Part shown: one piece after another, positions 36,967-45,426 of the stretch | Numbering within the stretch: the first letter of the stretch is position 1 | Layout of the letters: each line of letters begins with the position of its first letter | Origin: an uncultured Desulfobacca sp. | Lineage (GTDB): Bacteria > Desulfobacterota > Desulfobaccia > Desulfobaccales > Desulfobaccaceae | DNA: 45,426 nt | Reading direction: 5' to 3' | NCBI GenBank assembly: GCA_964487625.1 | Contig: CAZARS010000002.1 | Span: 16,257-61,682, forward strand | Notes under the pieces: generated by a model | Database searches by the model: none | What the model was told of the DNA's origin: nothing | What the model saw: only the letters and a program-made list of their open reading frames with translations | Program-made: the position numbers and the translations under genes

Positions 36967-38117
36967 CAACACTGCCTCCTCCCCGACCCCTGGCCATCGG
37001 CAACCACCATTCGCCCCTGCCTCAGGCAGTCCAGGCCAGCCTCCAGACTTTAACCGTACAGCGGCGGCGCAAATTTTTTCCCCACCAGATAAAAACTATC
37101 TTGGTCCGGGCGGTCAACTGGCTGGGCGATGCCATCCTAACGCTGCCCGCGTTGCGCCAGCTTCCCCGGTTCTTCCCGGCAGCCCGGTTGAGTGTTTTGG
37201 CCTTACCCAGAGTCGCCCCAGTCTTTGCCAACCTCCCGGAGATCGCAGAGGTTATTCCCTGTCTTCCCAAACCGCCCCAATCCCCCTGGGGGGCATGGTA
37301 TCGCCAACTCCGGGAGCTTCGGCGCCGGCGCTTTGACCTGGCGATTTTACTGCCAAATTCTTTTGAATCAGCTCTGGTGGCCCGCCTCGCCGGTATCCCC
37401 CACCGGGTGGGCTACAACACCGACTGCCGTGGCTGGCTCCTGACGCAGATGGTCCAAGGACCGGAAAAAATGGCCGGTTTCCATCAGGTCTATTATTATG
37501 CCGGTCTCCTCAAGGCCTTCGGCTGGGCGGCCATTGATGGCATCCCGGAATTAGTTTTGACGGCGGCAGAGAAAACCGTCGCAGCTCAGCTCTTGGCGGC
37601 CAACGGCTGGCGCCGGGGGCAGAAGTTGATCGGCTTCGCTCCGGGGGCTCGGTATGGTCCGGCCAAGCAGTGGTTCCCCGAGCGCTTTGCCGCGGTGGCC
37701 ACGGCCCTGCAAGAAAGCCACGACGCCCTGGTGGTGTTGCTGGGGGGGGCTGGGGATCAGCCCATTGCCCAACGTCTAGTTGCGGCCATGGCCACTCCCC
37801 CCGTCAACTTGGTGGGCCAGACGGATCTGCGCACTGCCCTGGCAGTGATTCACCACTTAGACGTGCTCTTGAGCAATGATTCCGGCCTGATGCACGCCGC
37901 CGCGGCCCTGTGGACGCCGGTGGTGGCCATTTTCGGCTCCACCGACCCCTTTGCCACCGGGCCCTTTACCCCCTATGCCTCGATTATCTGGCATCCACTC
38001 CCTTGCGGACCCTGCCGGAAACGTACCTGCCCTCTGGGGCATTATCAATGTCTGGACCTGATTTCTGTGCCGGAAGTCTTAGAACAAATGGAATATTGGT
38101 TGGCGAGGACACGATGA
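36963..38117 (+). CDS. waaF: LPS heptosyltransferase II (GT9)
   Basis: NWLGDAILTLP, LPNSFESA, PGARYGPAKQW, NDSGLMHAAAA and FGST. Confidence 0.9.
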   Translation: MTTLPPPRPLAIGNHHSPLPQAVQASLQTLTVQRRRKFFPHQIKTILVRAVNWLGDAILTLPALRQLPRFFPAARLSVLALPRVAPVFANLPEIAEVIPCLPKPPQSPWGAWYRQLRELRRRRFDLAILLPNSFESALVARLAGIPHRVGYNTDCRGWLLTQMVQGPEKMAGFHQVYYYAGLLKAFGWAAIDGIPELVLTAAEKTVAAQLLAANGWRRGQKLIGFAPGARYGPAKQWFPERFAAVATALQESHDALVVLLGGAGDQPIAQRLVAAMATPPVNLVGQTDLRTALAVIHHLDVLLSNDSGLMHAAAALWTPVVAIFGSTDPFATGPFTPYASIIWHPLPCGPCRKRTCPLGHYQCLDLISVPEVLEQMEYWLARTR

Positions 38118-38680
38118 GACGCGCCGTCTTTTTGGATCGGGATGGTACCATAAACGAAGAGATGGGATACATCAACCATCTGAGCCGCTTCCAGCTTTTG
38201 CCCAAGAGCGCCAGGGCCATCGCCCGCCTAAACCAGGCCGGTCTGGCGGTTGTGGTGGTCACCAACCAGTCAGGCGTGGCCCGGCAATATTTTCCGGCCA
38301 GTCTCATTGAGCAGGTGCATGCCAAGATGCAGGAACTTCTGGCTGCTCAAGGCGCCCGCCTGGATGGCATCTATGTCTGTGCGCACGGACCCGAAGCCGG
38401 CTGCCGTTGTCGGAAACCCAAGCCCGGCTTGCTGGAGCAGGCGGCGCAAGATCTAGGGATCGACCTCAAGAAGTCGTACATGGTGGGGGACCGCTTCAAT
38501 GATCTGCAGGTGGCGGCCGCAGTGGGCGCCAAAGGCATCCTAGTCTTGACTGGCTACGGCCAGGGTGAGGTGGAGCATTATCAAGGCGAGCGATTGGTAA
38601 CTCCGGCCTTTATCGCGGCGGATTTGGATGAAGCCGTAACTTGGATCCTGGCCGATCTCCGCAGCCATGATGATTCCTAA
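38114..38680 (+). CDS. gmhB: D-glycero-D-manno-heptose 1,7-bisphosphate phosphatase
   Basis: MRRAVFLDRDGTIN, VTNQSG, CRCRKPKPG and MVGD; ATG 38114 overlaps the waaF stop. Confidence 0.92.
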   Translation: MRRAVFLDRDGTINEEMGYINHLSRFQLLPKSARAIARLNQAGLAVVVVTNQSGVARQYFPASLIEQVHAKMQELLAAQGARLDGIYVCAHGPEAGCRCRKPKPGLLEQAAQDLGIDLKKSYMVGDRFNDLQVAAAVGAKGILVLTGYGQGEVEHYQGERLVTPAFIAADLDEAVTWILADLRSHDDS

Positions 38681-38706
38681 GCCTCACTGAGACAATTTTT
38701 GGCCGT

Positions 38707-39828
38707 ATGCCCACCGACCGCCTGCTGCTTATCAAACTCAGTGCCCTGGGGGATGTAATCCAGACCCTCCCCACCCTGGAAGCTCTGCGAGCGGCCTTTC
38801 CCACTGCCGAGATTTCCTGGCTGGTGGAGGAGGCCGCGGCCCCCATCTTGCAATACCATCCGGCTCTGGACTACCTCTGGATCAGCCGACGCCAGGGCTG
38901 GCTGCGGTCTGCCCGGAATTGGCGCCAATGGCCAGTGGTCTGGGCCGAGGTACGCCAGTTGTTGGCGGCCCTCCGCCGCCAACCCTTTACGGCCGTGGTG
39001 GATCTACAAGGCCTAGGGAAGAGTGCGCTCTGGACATGGCTGGCCCGCAGCCCCCGCAAAATCGGCTTTGCCGGCACCAGGGAATACAGCTACCTGGCCC
39101 TCAATGAGCGGCTGCCCCCCTACGATCCCGATGAACACGCGGCGCGGCGTTACCTCCGGCTGGCCCAACATTTGGGGGCCAGATCGCCGATTCTGCGTTT
39201 CCGCTTGGCCCTGCCCCTGGGCGCCGGGGCCCAGCTCCAGGAGATTTGGCAGGAAGCTGGCGGTCCAGTGATTGTGCTCCATCCGGGGACCCGCTGGCCC
39301 AGCAAACAGTGGCCACCTGCGTCCTTTGCCCGCTTAGCAGACGCCCTGGCCCAGGAACTCAAGGCCCGAATTATCTTTACCGGCAGCCAGGGAGATAGGT
39401 CTCTCATTGCCCAGAGCCAGGAGGCTATGCAGACCCGAGCCTTGGATTTAAGCGGTCGCACCAACCTCTGGGACTTGACCCGGCTGTTGTTTCAGGCGGA
39501 CGCGGCGGTAACGACGGATACCGGTCCCATGCATTTGGCCGCAGCAGTAGGCACACCGGTGGTGGCAGTCTTCGGCCCCACCGCGCCCTGGCGCACTGGT
39601 CCTTGCGGCCGGCAACACCGAGTGGTGCGTACCGGTGCCCCCTGCAGCCCGTGCCGCCAGCGGCAGTGTCCAGACCCGCACTGTCTTAGTCAACTCCCTG
39701 TGGAGAGCGTCCTGGCAGAGGTGCATGCTGTGCTCCAACAAGACCCCGCGCTGCGCCAGCGATCCTGCGCCCGCCAAGTGGTGCGAGGCCAAGAGGTCGA
39801 GGTGATCCAACACGTGGCTGATTTTTAG
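38707..39828 (+). CDS. LPS heptosyltransferase (GT9, WaaC-like)
   Basis: IKLSALGDVIQTLP, DLQGLGKSA, HPGTRWPSKQWP and DTGPMHLAAA. Confidence 0.85.
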   Translation: MPTDRLLLIKLSALGDVIQTLPTLEALRAAFPTAEISWLVEEAAAPILQYHPALDYLWISRRQGWLRSARNWRQWPVVWAEVRQLLAALRRQPFTAVVDLQGLGKSALWTWLARSPRKIGFAGTREYSYLALNERLPPYDPDEHAARRYLRLAQHLGARSPILRFRLALPLGAGAQLQEIWQEAGGPVIVLHPGTRWPSKQWPPASFARLADALAQELKARIIFTGSQGDRSLIAQSQEAMQTRALDLSGRTNLWDLTRLLFQADAAVTTDTGPMHLAAAVGTPVVAVFGPTAPWRTGPCGRQHRVVRTGAPCSPCRQRQCPDPHCLSQLPVESVLAEVHAVLQQDPALRQRSCARQVVRGQEVEVIQHVADF

Positions 39829-39958
39829 GTCAAGGGGGAAGGGAAGATAGATTGGAGGTTGAGGCAAGTAAGTTTTTTAATTCGTTGATCAAAACTTCAA
39901 ATGTCGGCGAGGGGCAAAAAAAGGGTGCGAGGTTGCGGCCGACGAGCCAAGGCCTGGT

Positions 39959-40798
39959 CTATTCCGAACCTCTCGACGCTAAGCAGGAATCGGGATAAAT
40001 GACTTCCTTGAGGTAAAGCCCAGCCGCTGGGGCGCTGGGCCCCGCCAGTCGCCGATCCCGGCTGGCCAAAATACGAGTTAGATCCTCCACTGGCCTTTTG
40101 CCCCATCCCACTTCCACCAGAGTACCCACCAGATTGCGGACCATCCCCCGTAGGAAACCATTGGCCGTGATCACAAAATATTTCCAGCCGCCCGGCAACT
40201 CCTGCCAAGAGGCCCGGCTCACCTGGCGGACGGTGGTCTTGACATCACTGCCTGAGGCCTGGAAGGCCGCGAAATCATGTGTCCCCACCACCAGCTGGCT
40301 GGCGGCTTGCATCAGGTTCAGGTCCAACGGGCGGCTGAGCCACCAACAGGTGTGCAGGTGCAGCGGCGATCGGGTCGGTCGATTCAGGATGCGGTATTCA
40401 TAAGTTTTGGCCACGGCTCCGTAGCGGGCATGGAAACCGGCTGGGACCTCCCTCACCTCCAGGACGGCGATATCCCGAGGTAAAAGACTATTGAGCCCTT
40501 CCCGGAAGGCTGTTAAGGGAAGCTGCGATACCGTACGGAAGTGGGCCACTTGCCCCAGGGCATGGACCCCGGCGTCGGTCCGGCCGGAGCCGTGCACCCG
40601 GACAGTGTGGCCCAGCAATTTGGCCAGAGCCGTTTCCACCACTTCCTGAATCGTCAGGGCATTGGGTTGCCGCTGCCATCCATGGTAGGCTGAGCCATCG
40701 TATTCCAGCGTCAGCAGGATAGTGCGTTGCGCCTCGGGAGATGACCCAGGGGCGAGGGGAGGAGAGGTAGGGTGAGGCGCCATGGGGATAGATATCAT
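39959..40798 (-). CDS. truA: tRNA pseudouridine(38-40) synthase
   Basis: YDGSAYHGWQ, GRTDAGVHA, FHAR, GTHDF and FLRGMVR. Confidence 0.96.
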   Translation of the reverse strand: MISIPMAPHPTSPPLAPGSSPEAQRTILLTLEYDGSAYHGWQRQPNALTIQEVVETALAKLLGHTVRVHGSGRTDAGVHALGQVAHFRTVSQLPLTAFREGLNSLLPRDIAVLEVREVPAGFHARYGAVAKTYEYRILNRPTRSPLHLHTCWWLSRPLDLNLMQAASQLVVGTHDFAAFQASGSDVKTTVRQVSRASWQELPGGWKYFVITANGFLRGMVRNLVGTLVEVGWGKRPVEDLTRILASRDRRLAGPSAPAAGLYLKEVIYPDSCLASRGSE

Positions 40799-40826
40799 GG
40801 TGCCCTTTCTTTCTGGCCAGGTGGCC

Positions 40827-41879
40827 CTAAGGGAGGAATGGCACCAAGTCTAGACCTTGGGTTTCCGGGAAGCCCAACATGAGGTTCATATTGGCCACCG
40901 CCTGCCCGGAGGCCCCGCGGGTGAGATTGTCGATGGCGGAAAGGACAATCACGCGGTTGGCCCGACGGTCGAGCCGCACCGCCAGATCACAATAATTGGA
41001 CCCCCGCACCGCCACGGTGGTGGGCAGGATACCAGGGGGGCAGACCCGCACAAAGGGCTCCTGGCGATAGAAGTCCTCATAAAGCTGTTGTAGTTCCTCC
41101 GGTGTCACCTGGCGCCGCGGGGAGGCGTACAGGGTTGCCAGGATGCCCCGGCTCATGGGCACAAGGTGCGGCGTGAAGGTAATAGTCAGGGGTGCCCCGG
41201 CCAACAGCCCCAACTCCTGTTCCATCTCCGGCGTATGCCGATGCTCCGCCACCTTATAGGCCCGGAAATCGTCATTGACTTCACAGTAGAGGGTAGCCAG
41301 GTTGAGGCCCCGGCCAGCGCCGCTGGCCCCGGATTTACAGTCGGCGATGATACTGGTAGGATCAATGAGTCCGGCCCGGAGGAGGGGAGCCAGCCCAAGG
41401 ATGACGCTGGTGGGGTAACACCCCGGATTACCCACCAGTCGGGCGGTTTTAATCTTTTCCCGATATAATTCCGGCAGGCCATACACTGCCTCTGCCAACA
41501 ACTCCGGTGCAGTGTGTTCCTGATACCACTGCTCATAGACGGCTTTATCCCGGAAACGGCAATCCGCACTCAGATCCACGACTTTGCCGCCGCCACTCAG
41601 GAGGGTGGGGATGACGTTCATGGCCGTCTGGTGGGGCAGGGCCACAAAGAAAAAGTCAGCAACCCGGCTCAACAAGGCCGGATCAGGCCAGGAGAATGAG
41701 AGTGAGCAGAACCCCGCCAAGGCCGGGAAAACTCGGGCCACAGCGTGGCCTTCATGTTCCCGGGAGGTTACCGCGGTTACCGTCACTGCCGGATGCCGCA
41801 ACAAGAGCCGCAGCAGCTCCAAGCCGGTGTATCCTGAGCCGCCGATGATGGCTACCCTTACCTTTGCATTGCTAGCCAT
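40827..41879 (-). CDS. argC: N-acetyl-gamma-glutamyl-phosphate reductase
   Basis: GGSGYTG, DLSAD, YGLPE, NPGCYPT, HRHTPE and IDNLTRGASGQA. Confidence 0.97.
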   Translation of the reverse strand: MASNAKVRVAIIGGSGYTGLELLRLLLRHPAVTVTAVTSREHEGHAVARVFPALAGFCSLSFSWPDPALLSRVADFFFVALPHQTAMNVIPTLLSGGGKVVDLSADCRFRDKAVYEQWYQEHTAPELLAEAVYGLPELYREKIKTARLVGNPGCYPTSVILGLAPLLRAGLIDPTSIIADCKSGASGAGRGLNLATLYCEVNDDFRAYKVAEHRHTPEMEQELGLLAGAPLTITFTPHLVPMSRGILATLYASPRRQVTPEELQQLYEDFYRQEPFVRVCPPGILPTTVAVRGSNYCDLAVRLDRRANRVIVLSAIDNLTRGASGQAVANMNLMLGFPETQGLDLVPFLP

Positions 41880-42044
41880 GATTACGCCTGCCGTGATGGT
41901 GGGTTGGTCCTGGCCCGACCTGATGGGCGCTTAATGCCGGGGTTATCCTATCTCCCGAAAGCAATCCAGGCCAGACGCGGGCCTGCCGCCTCCGGCCTGG
42001 CAGTTGGGTCGGGTACCTGCTGGATTAGGACAAGTAACCGCCGC

Positions 42045-42440
42045 TTACCGTTTGGAATACTGGAACCGAGCCCGGGCGCCCCGCTGGCCGTATTTCTTCC
42101 GTTCTTTAATACGGGCATCCCGGGTCAGGAAACCGGCTTTTTTCAGAATGGGACGGAATTCAGGGTTCAGCTGCAAGAGGGCCTTGCTCAACCCCTGTTT
42201 GATGGCCCCGGCCTGGCCGAACACGCCGCCTCCCTGGACATTTACATAAATATCCAACTCAGGGCCAACATTGACCAATTCTAGCGGTTGGCGGATGATC
42301 ATCCGAGAAATTTCTACTGGAAAATAATCCTCAAACTCTCTTTTGTTAACGACAATCTTGCCGGTTCCCGGGCGCAAATAGATGCGGGCAATGGAATTCT
42401 TCCGTTTGCCCACGGCATGGATATCAAATGGTTGGGCCAT
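42045..42440 (-). CDS. rpsI: 30S ribosomal protein S9
   Basis: [20 protein letters not shown] and [14 protein letters not shown]...QYSKR. Confidence 0.98.
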   Translation of the reverse strand: MAQPFDIHAVGKRKNSIARIYLRPGTGKIVVNKREFEDYFPVEISRMIIRQPLELVNVGPELDIYVNVQGGGVFGQAGAIKQGLSKALLQLNPEFRPILKKAGFLTRDARIKERKKYGQRGARARFQYSKR

Positions 42441-42464
42441 AGGTTCTCCCAGACAATGAAATAC

Positions 42465-42890
42465 TTAAGCCAGAGGTACCGGTTTTTGGGCCTGATGGGG
42501 ATGCTCTGGCCCGGCATACACCTTAAGTTTCTTGAAAAGACGCCGGCCCAGGCTATTTTTCGGCAGCATGCCCCAGACTGCTTTCCGCAACACTTCCTCT
42601 GGTTTGGTCTGCATAAGCTGGCGGGCGGTGACGGCTTTGGTGCCCCCCATATAGCCGCTGTGGCGATAATAAACCTTTTTGTCCAACTTGCGGCCGGTAA
42701 AGACTGCTTTTTCGGCGTTCACGACCACCACAAAATCGCCGGTGTCACAGTGGGGGGTGAAAATCGGCTTGGTCTTCCCCCGCAATAACATGGCAATACG
42801 ACTGGCCAAGCGCCCCACCACCTGATCGGTGGCATCCACGAGGTGCCACTGTTTCCCTACCTCTTTTTCACGAGCAACAAAGGTCTTCAT
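42465..42890 (-). CDS. rplM: 50S ribosomal protein L13
   Basis: [30 protein letters not shown] and HPHQAQ. Confidence 0.98.
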   Translation of the reverse strand: MKTFVAREKEVGKQWHLVDATDQVVGRLASRIAMLLRGKTKPIFTPHCDTGDFVVVVNAEKAVFTGRKLDKKVYYRHSGYMGGTKAVTARQLMQTKPEEVLRKAVWGMLPKNSLGRRLFKKLKVYAGPEHPHQAQKPVPLA

Positions 42891-42919
42891 ATTCCTCTCC
42901 AGAACAGATCGAACAAATT

Positions 42920-42948
42920 TATATATCTGGAAATTTCTTCGTTGTCAA
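42920..42948 (-). promoter_or_regulatory. sigma70 promoter of rplM-rpsI
   Basis: TTGACA-17 bp-TATATA on the minus strand. Confidence 0.55.
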
Positions 42949-43070
42949 GGGCAAGGGGGAAAAAATCAATCCAGTTAAGCTCACCTCCAACAGGACCTGG
43001 CCCGGGAAAGGGGACGGCAGAGCGGCATGAGACTATGCGAAGAAAGGGGCTACGGAGTTCTTTGAACCTT

Positions 43071-43231
43071 CACTCCTGTCCGGCAATATTTTTGCATTAG
43101 ATTAATGGCGCCTTGGTATTTCTCAGATCCTTCGCTTCGCTCAGGATGACAAAAGAAAAACCATTGGTGGAAGGTTTTTAGGCTTTTGGCGCCCTGTTGC
43201 AAGCTTGGCAAGAACTTGCCAGACCTTCATG
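43071..43231. mobile_element. MITE-like element, copy 3 (161 bp, internally deleted)
   Basis: CACTCCTGTCCGGCA...TGCCAGACCTTCATG. Shares ATGGCGCCTT, AGATCCTTCGCTTCGCTCAGGATGACA and GAAGGTTTTT..GGCTTTTGGCGCCC with copies 1 and 2; the left palindrome arm is missing. Confidence 0.72.
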
Positions 43232-43266
43232 ATATGCCTTGATTTTTGAGCTGTAGTTTTCCCTTC

Positions 43267-43977
43267 TCAAATTCCCAAGTATGTCCGCTGCACTTCTTTA
43301 TTATTGAGGAGGGCCCGGGCCTCGCCCTCGAGTTGGACCTTGCCTTCGGCCAAGACATAGCCATAATCGCTCACGGCCAAGGCCATTTGGACGTTCTGTT
43401 CCACCAAGAGCATGGTCAGACCGGACTTTTTTAAGGTCAGGAGTGATTCAAAGAGATTGAGGGCCAGGAGTGGGGAGAGGCCCAGGGAAAGTTCGTCGAG
43501 AATAAGCAGTTGAGGCTCGGCCATCAGACCCCGGGCTACGGCCACCATCTGCTGTTCGCCACCGCTCAGGGTGCCGGCTTTCTGGGTGCGGCGCTCTGCC
43601 AAGCGAGGGAAGAGGGCAAAGACTTTTTCCAAGTTTTCCTTTATATGGGGCTGGGCCCGTTTGGAAAAGGCACCCATTTCCAGGTTTTCTTGGACCGTCA
43701 TGTCAGTGAACAATTGCCGTCCTTCGGGCACCAAGACCAGGCCCAGGTTGGCCCGGGCATGGGGGGAAAGTTTGGTCACATCTTGGCCAGCAAAAATGAC
43801 CGTCCCCTGGGTAGCCCGCAGCAATCCCATGATAGTGCGTAGCAGGGTCGTTTTGCCCACCCCGTTGGAACCCACCAAGGTGGTTAATTTTCCCTGGGCT
43901 AGTTTCAGGTTGATTCCCCAGAGGATCTGCACTTCCCCATACCCAGAGGTCAGATCGGCAACTTCCAGGACATCCAT
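43267..43977 (-). CDS. livF: Branched-chain amino acid-type ABC transporter ATPase (LivF-like)
   Basis: GSNGVGKT, VPEGRQLF, LSGGEQQM and VEQN. Confidence 0.9.
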   Translation of the reverse strand: MDVLEVADLTSGYGEVQILWGINLKLAQGKLTTLVGSNGVGKTTLLRTIMGLLRATQGTVIFAGQDVTKLSPHARANLGLVLVPEGRQLFTDMTVQENLEMGAFSKRAQPHIKENLEKVFALFPRLAERRTQKAGTLSGGEQQMVAVARGLMAEPQLLILDELSLGLSPLLALNLFESLLTLKKSGLTMLLVEQNVQMALAVSDYGYVLAEGKVQLEGEARALLNNKEVQRTYLGI

Positions 43978-44034
43978 GCCTTTACTCCAGCAACACGATA
44001 TTTTGGGCTTCGGTCTGGCGAGCCGCAGTGCTTG

Positions 44035-44799
44035 TTAGGATAATGCTTCCGGGGTCTCTTGGGCCAATAACCGTTGAGCGATCTTGGGGTCGCCCAGGTA
44101 GGCTTCCACTACTTTGGGGTTTTCCACTACTTCTTCGGGGGTGCCGGCGGCGATGAGTTCGCCGTAATCCAGGACAATCACGTCGTCGGAGAGGGTCATG
44201 AGGGCCTGCATCACGTGCTCAATCATGAAAATCGTGATGCCCTGATCCCGAATCTGCCGGACTGTCTCAATCATGGCGGCAATCTCTGAAGGATTCAGGC
44301 CGGCCAACACCTCATCCAAAAGGAGCAGATAGGGGCGGGCCGCCAAGGCTCGGGCCATCTCCAGGCGCTTTTTCTCGGCCACGTTCAGGCTGCCAGCCAG
44401 TTGGTCAGCTTTTTTGGCCAAGCCGACGAAGGTCATGACCTCATCGGCGATGTGGGCAGCAGGGGTTTTGTAGTGTTTTTCCCGGCCAAAACAGGCGCCC
44501 ACCATGACATTTTCCCGGACGGTCAGTTCCTGCAAGGGCCGGACCACTTGATAGGTGCGGGCCAAGCCCCGTTGGGCCACTTCATAGGGTGGCTTGCCGG
44601 TGATATCTTCGCCCCGGAAGATGACGGTGCCCACGTCAGGTTTATAAACGCCGTTGATCACGTTGAACAAAGTGGTCTTGCCAGCCCCGTTCGGGCCGAT
44701 CAGACCCAAAATTCGCCCTTCCGGCAGGGTAAAACTGACGTTGCTGAGGGCTTGGAGGCCGCCGAAGCGTTTGCTCACTCCCTGAACTTCCAGAATCAT
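44035..44799 (-). CDS. livG: Branched-chain amino acid-type ABC transporter ATPase (LivG-like)
   Basis: KRFGGLQAL, GPNGAGKTT, LLDEVLAGL, IEHVM and VVEAYLG; ATG 44799 overlaps the livM stop. Confidence 0.9.
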   Translation of the reverse strand: MILEVQGVSKRFGGLQALSNVSFTLPEGRILGLIGPNGAGKTTLFNVINGVYKPDVGTVIFRGEDITGKPPYEVAQRGLARTYQVVRPLQELTVRENVMVGACFGREKHYKTPAAHIADEVMTFVGLAKKADQLAGSLNVAEKKRLEMARALAARPYLLLLDEVLAGLNPSEIAAMIETVRQIRDQGITIFMIEHVMQALMTLSDDVIVLDYGELIAAGTPEEVVENPKVVEAYLGDPKIAQRLLAQETPEALS

Positions 44800-45426
44800 T
44801 CCAATACCTTCCGTAATTGCAAGAACCGCTCCCGCAGCCACCCAATGGCCCCGGCCGGCACAAAGAGGACAATGAGGAGAAGAAAGACACCGGCAATGGC
44901 CAGATGAAGGTTTTTGAACAGGGGGCTGGTGAGGAGAAAACCCCGCAAACCCTGATAGGTGACCGCGCCAATGACCGGCCCCAAAACCGTGCCCATGCCT
45001 CCCAACATTACCATGACCAACATCTCAATGGACATGTGCAGGTGAAAGGCGTCGCCCGGCTCCACATTGCCGTTTTTGAAAAAATATAGGGTGCCGATAA
45101 CACCTGGAAAAAAGGCCGAAAACATATACGCATAGGTTTTGGCCCGGGGAGCCTTGACGCCCATGACCATGGCCGCATCTTCATCTTCCCGAATGGCCAG
45201 CAGACCCAACCCAAAACGGGAGTTTTTAATGATGTAGCTGACGACGACGATGATCAGGACAGTAATCCATAGATAAATAAAGGTCCGCCACAAGGCCGGG
45301 CCGGGGCCGCCGAACCCCTGATAAACCGAATAATTGACAAACAGACCGGTGGCGCCACCGAACGGCTCGAAATTGCTGACAAAGGCTCGGGCTGCCTCGT
45401 TGACCCCAATGGTGGCCAGGGCAAAG
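44796..45426 (-). CDS. livM: Branched-chain amino acid-type ABC permease (LivM-like), 3' part only
   Basis: The frame is open to the window end: FALATIG..., SRFGLGLLAIREDEDAA and MLGGMGTVLGPVIGA. Confidence 0.88.
   Translation of the reverse strand, partial: FALATIGVNEAARAFVSNFEPFGGATGLFVNYSVYQGFGGPGPALWRTFIYLWITVLIIVVVSYIIKNSRFGLGLLAIREDEDAAMVMGVKAPRAKTYAYMFSAFFPGVIGTLYFFKNGNVEPGDAFHLHMSIEMLVMVMLGGMGTVLGPVIGAVTYQGLRGFLLTSPLFKNLHLAIAGVFLLLIVLFVPAGAIGWLRERFLQLRKVLE

Noticed and set aside
37910-38113. N-terminal extension of GmhB in the ORF track
   Set aside because: It overlaps waaF; the ATG at 38114 with GAGGA RBS gives the canonical MRRAVFLDRDG start.
2784-41879. Genome-wide TAG reassignment (alternative genetic code)
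   Set aside because: Six genes end in TAG; ybaB (PGLF) and argC (PFLP) do so at their expected C-termini, and argC has no nearby backup stop.
26673-43231. CRISPR array or tRNA explanation for the repeated palindromes
   Set aside because: The copies are dispersed kilobases apart with no spacer periodicity, no cas genes, and no cloverleaf or T-loop consensus.

Overview
A mostly core-genome window from an anaerobic Gram-negative bacterium. Gene content and order suggest Desulfobacterota (deltaproteobacterial type); this is inference. In order it holds: atpF/atpF' and rodA; dnaX-ybaB-recR, where dnaX is interrupted by an in-frame TAG at codon 235; rmuC; two small exported proteins; a VPxP-CTERM-tailed alkaline phosphatase with a Pho-box-like repeat; a selenocysteine formate dehydrogenase operon with a HybA/HybB(NrfD)-type membrane module and FdhE; an FmdB-type zinc ribbon gene; an M24 peptidase; an unannotated 53-aa His/Cys-rich peptide convergent with an FmdE-tatC-pseudo-CbiK operon; a Wsp-like chemosensory cluster ending in a REC-GGDEF cyclase; msbA-lpxK-waaF-gmhB-heptosyltransferase; rplM-rpsI-argC-truA; and livMGF. 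Three copies (plus one possible relic) of a ~213-bp MITE-like element with terminal inverted repeats, 9-bp target duplications and an internal REP-like doublet lie between genes. The best novelty candidates are the amber codon in dnaX, the His-rich peptide / FmdE / TatC / pseudo-chelatase cluster, the nested MITE-REP element, and a Moco-like structured RNA upstream of fdh. No rRNA, tRNA, CRISPR array or transposase was seen. All family calls come from motifs recognised by eye, not from database searches.
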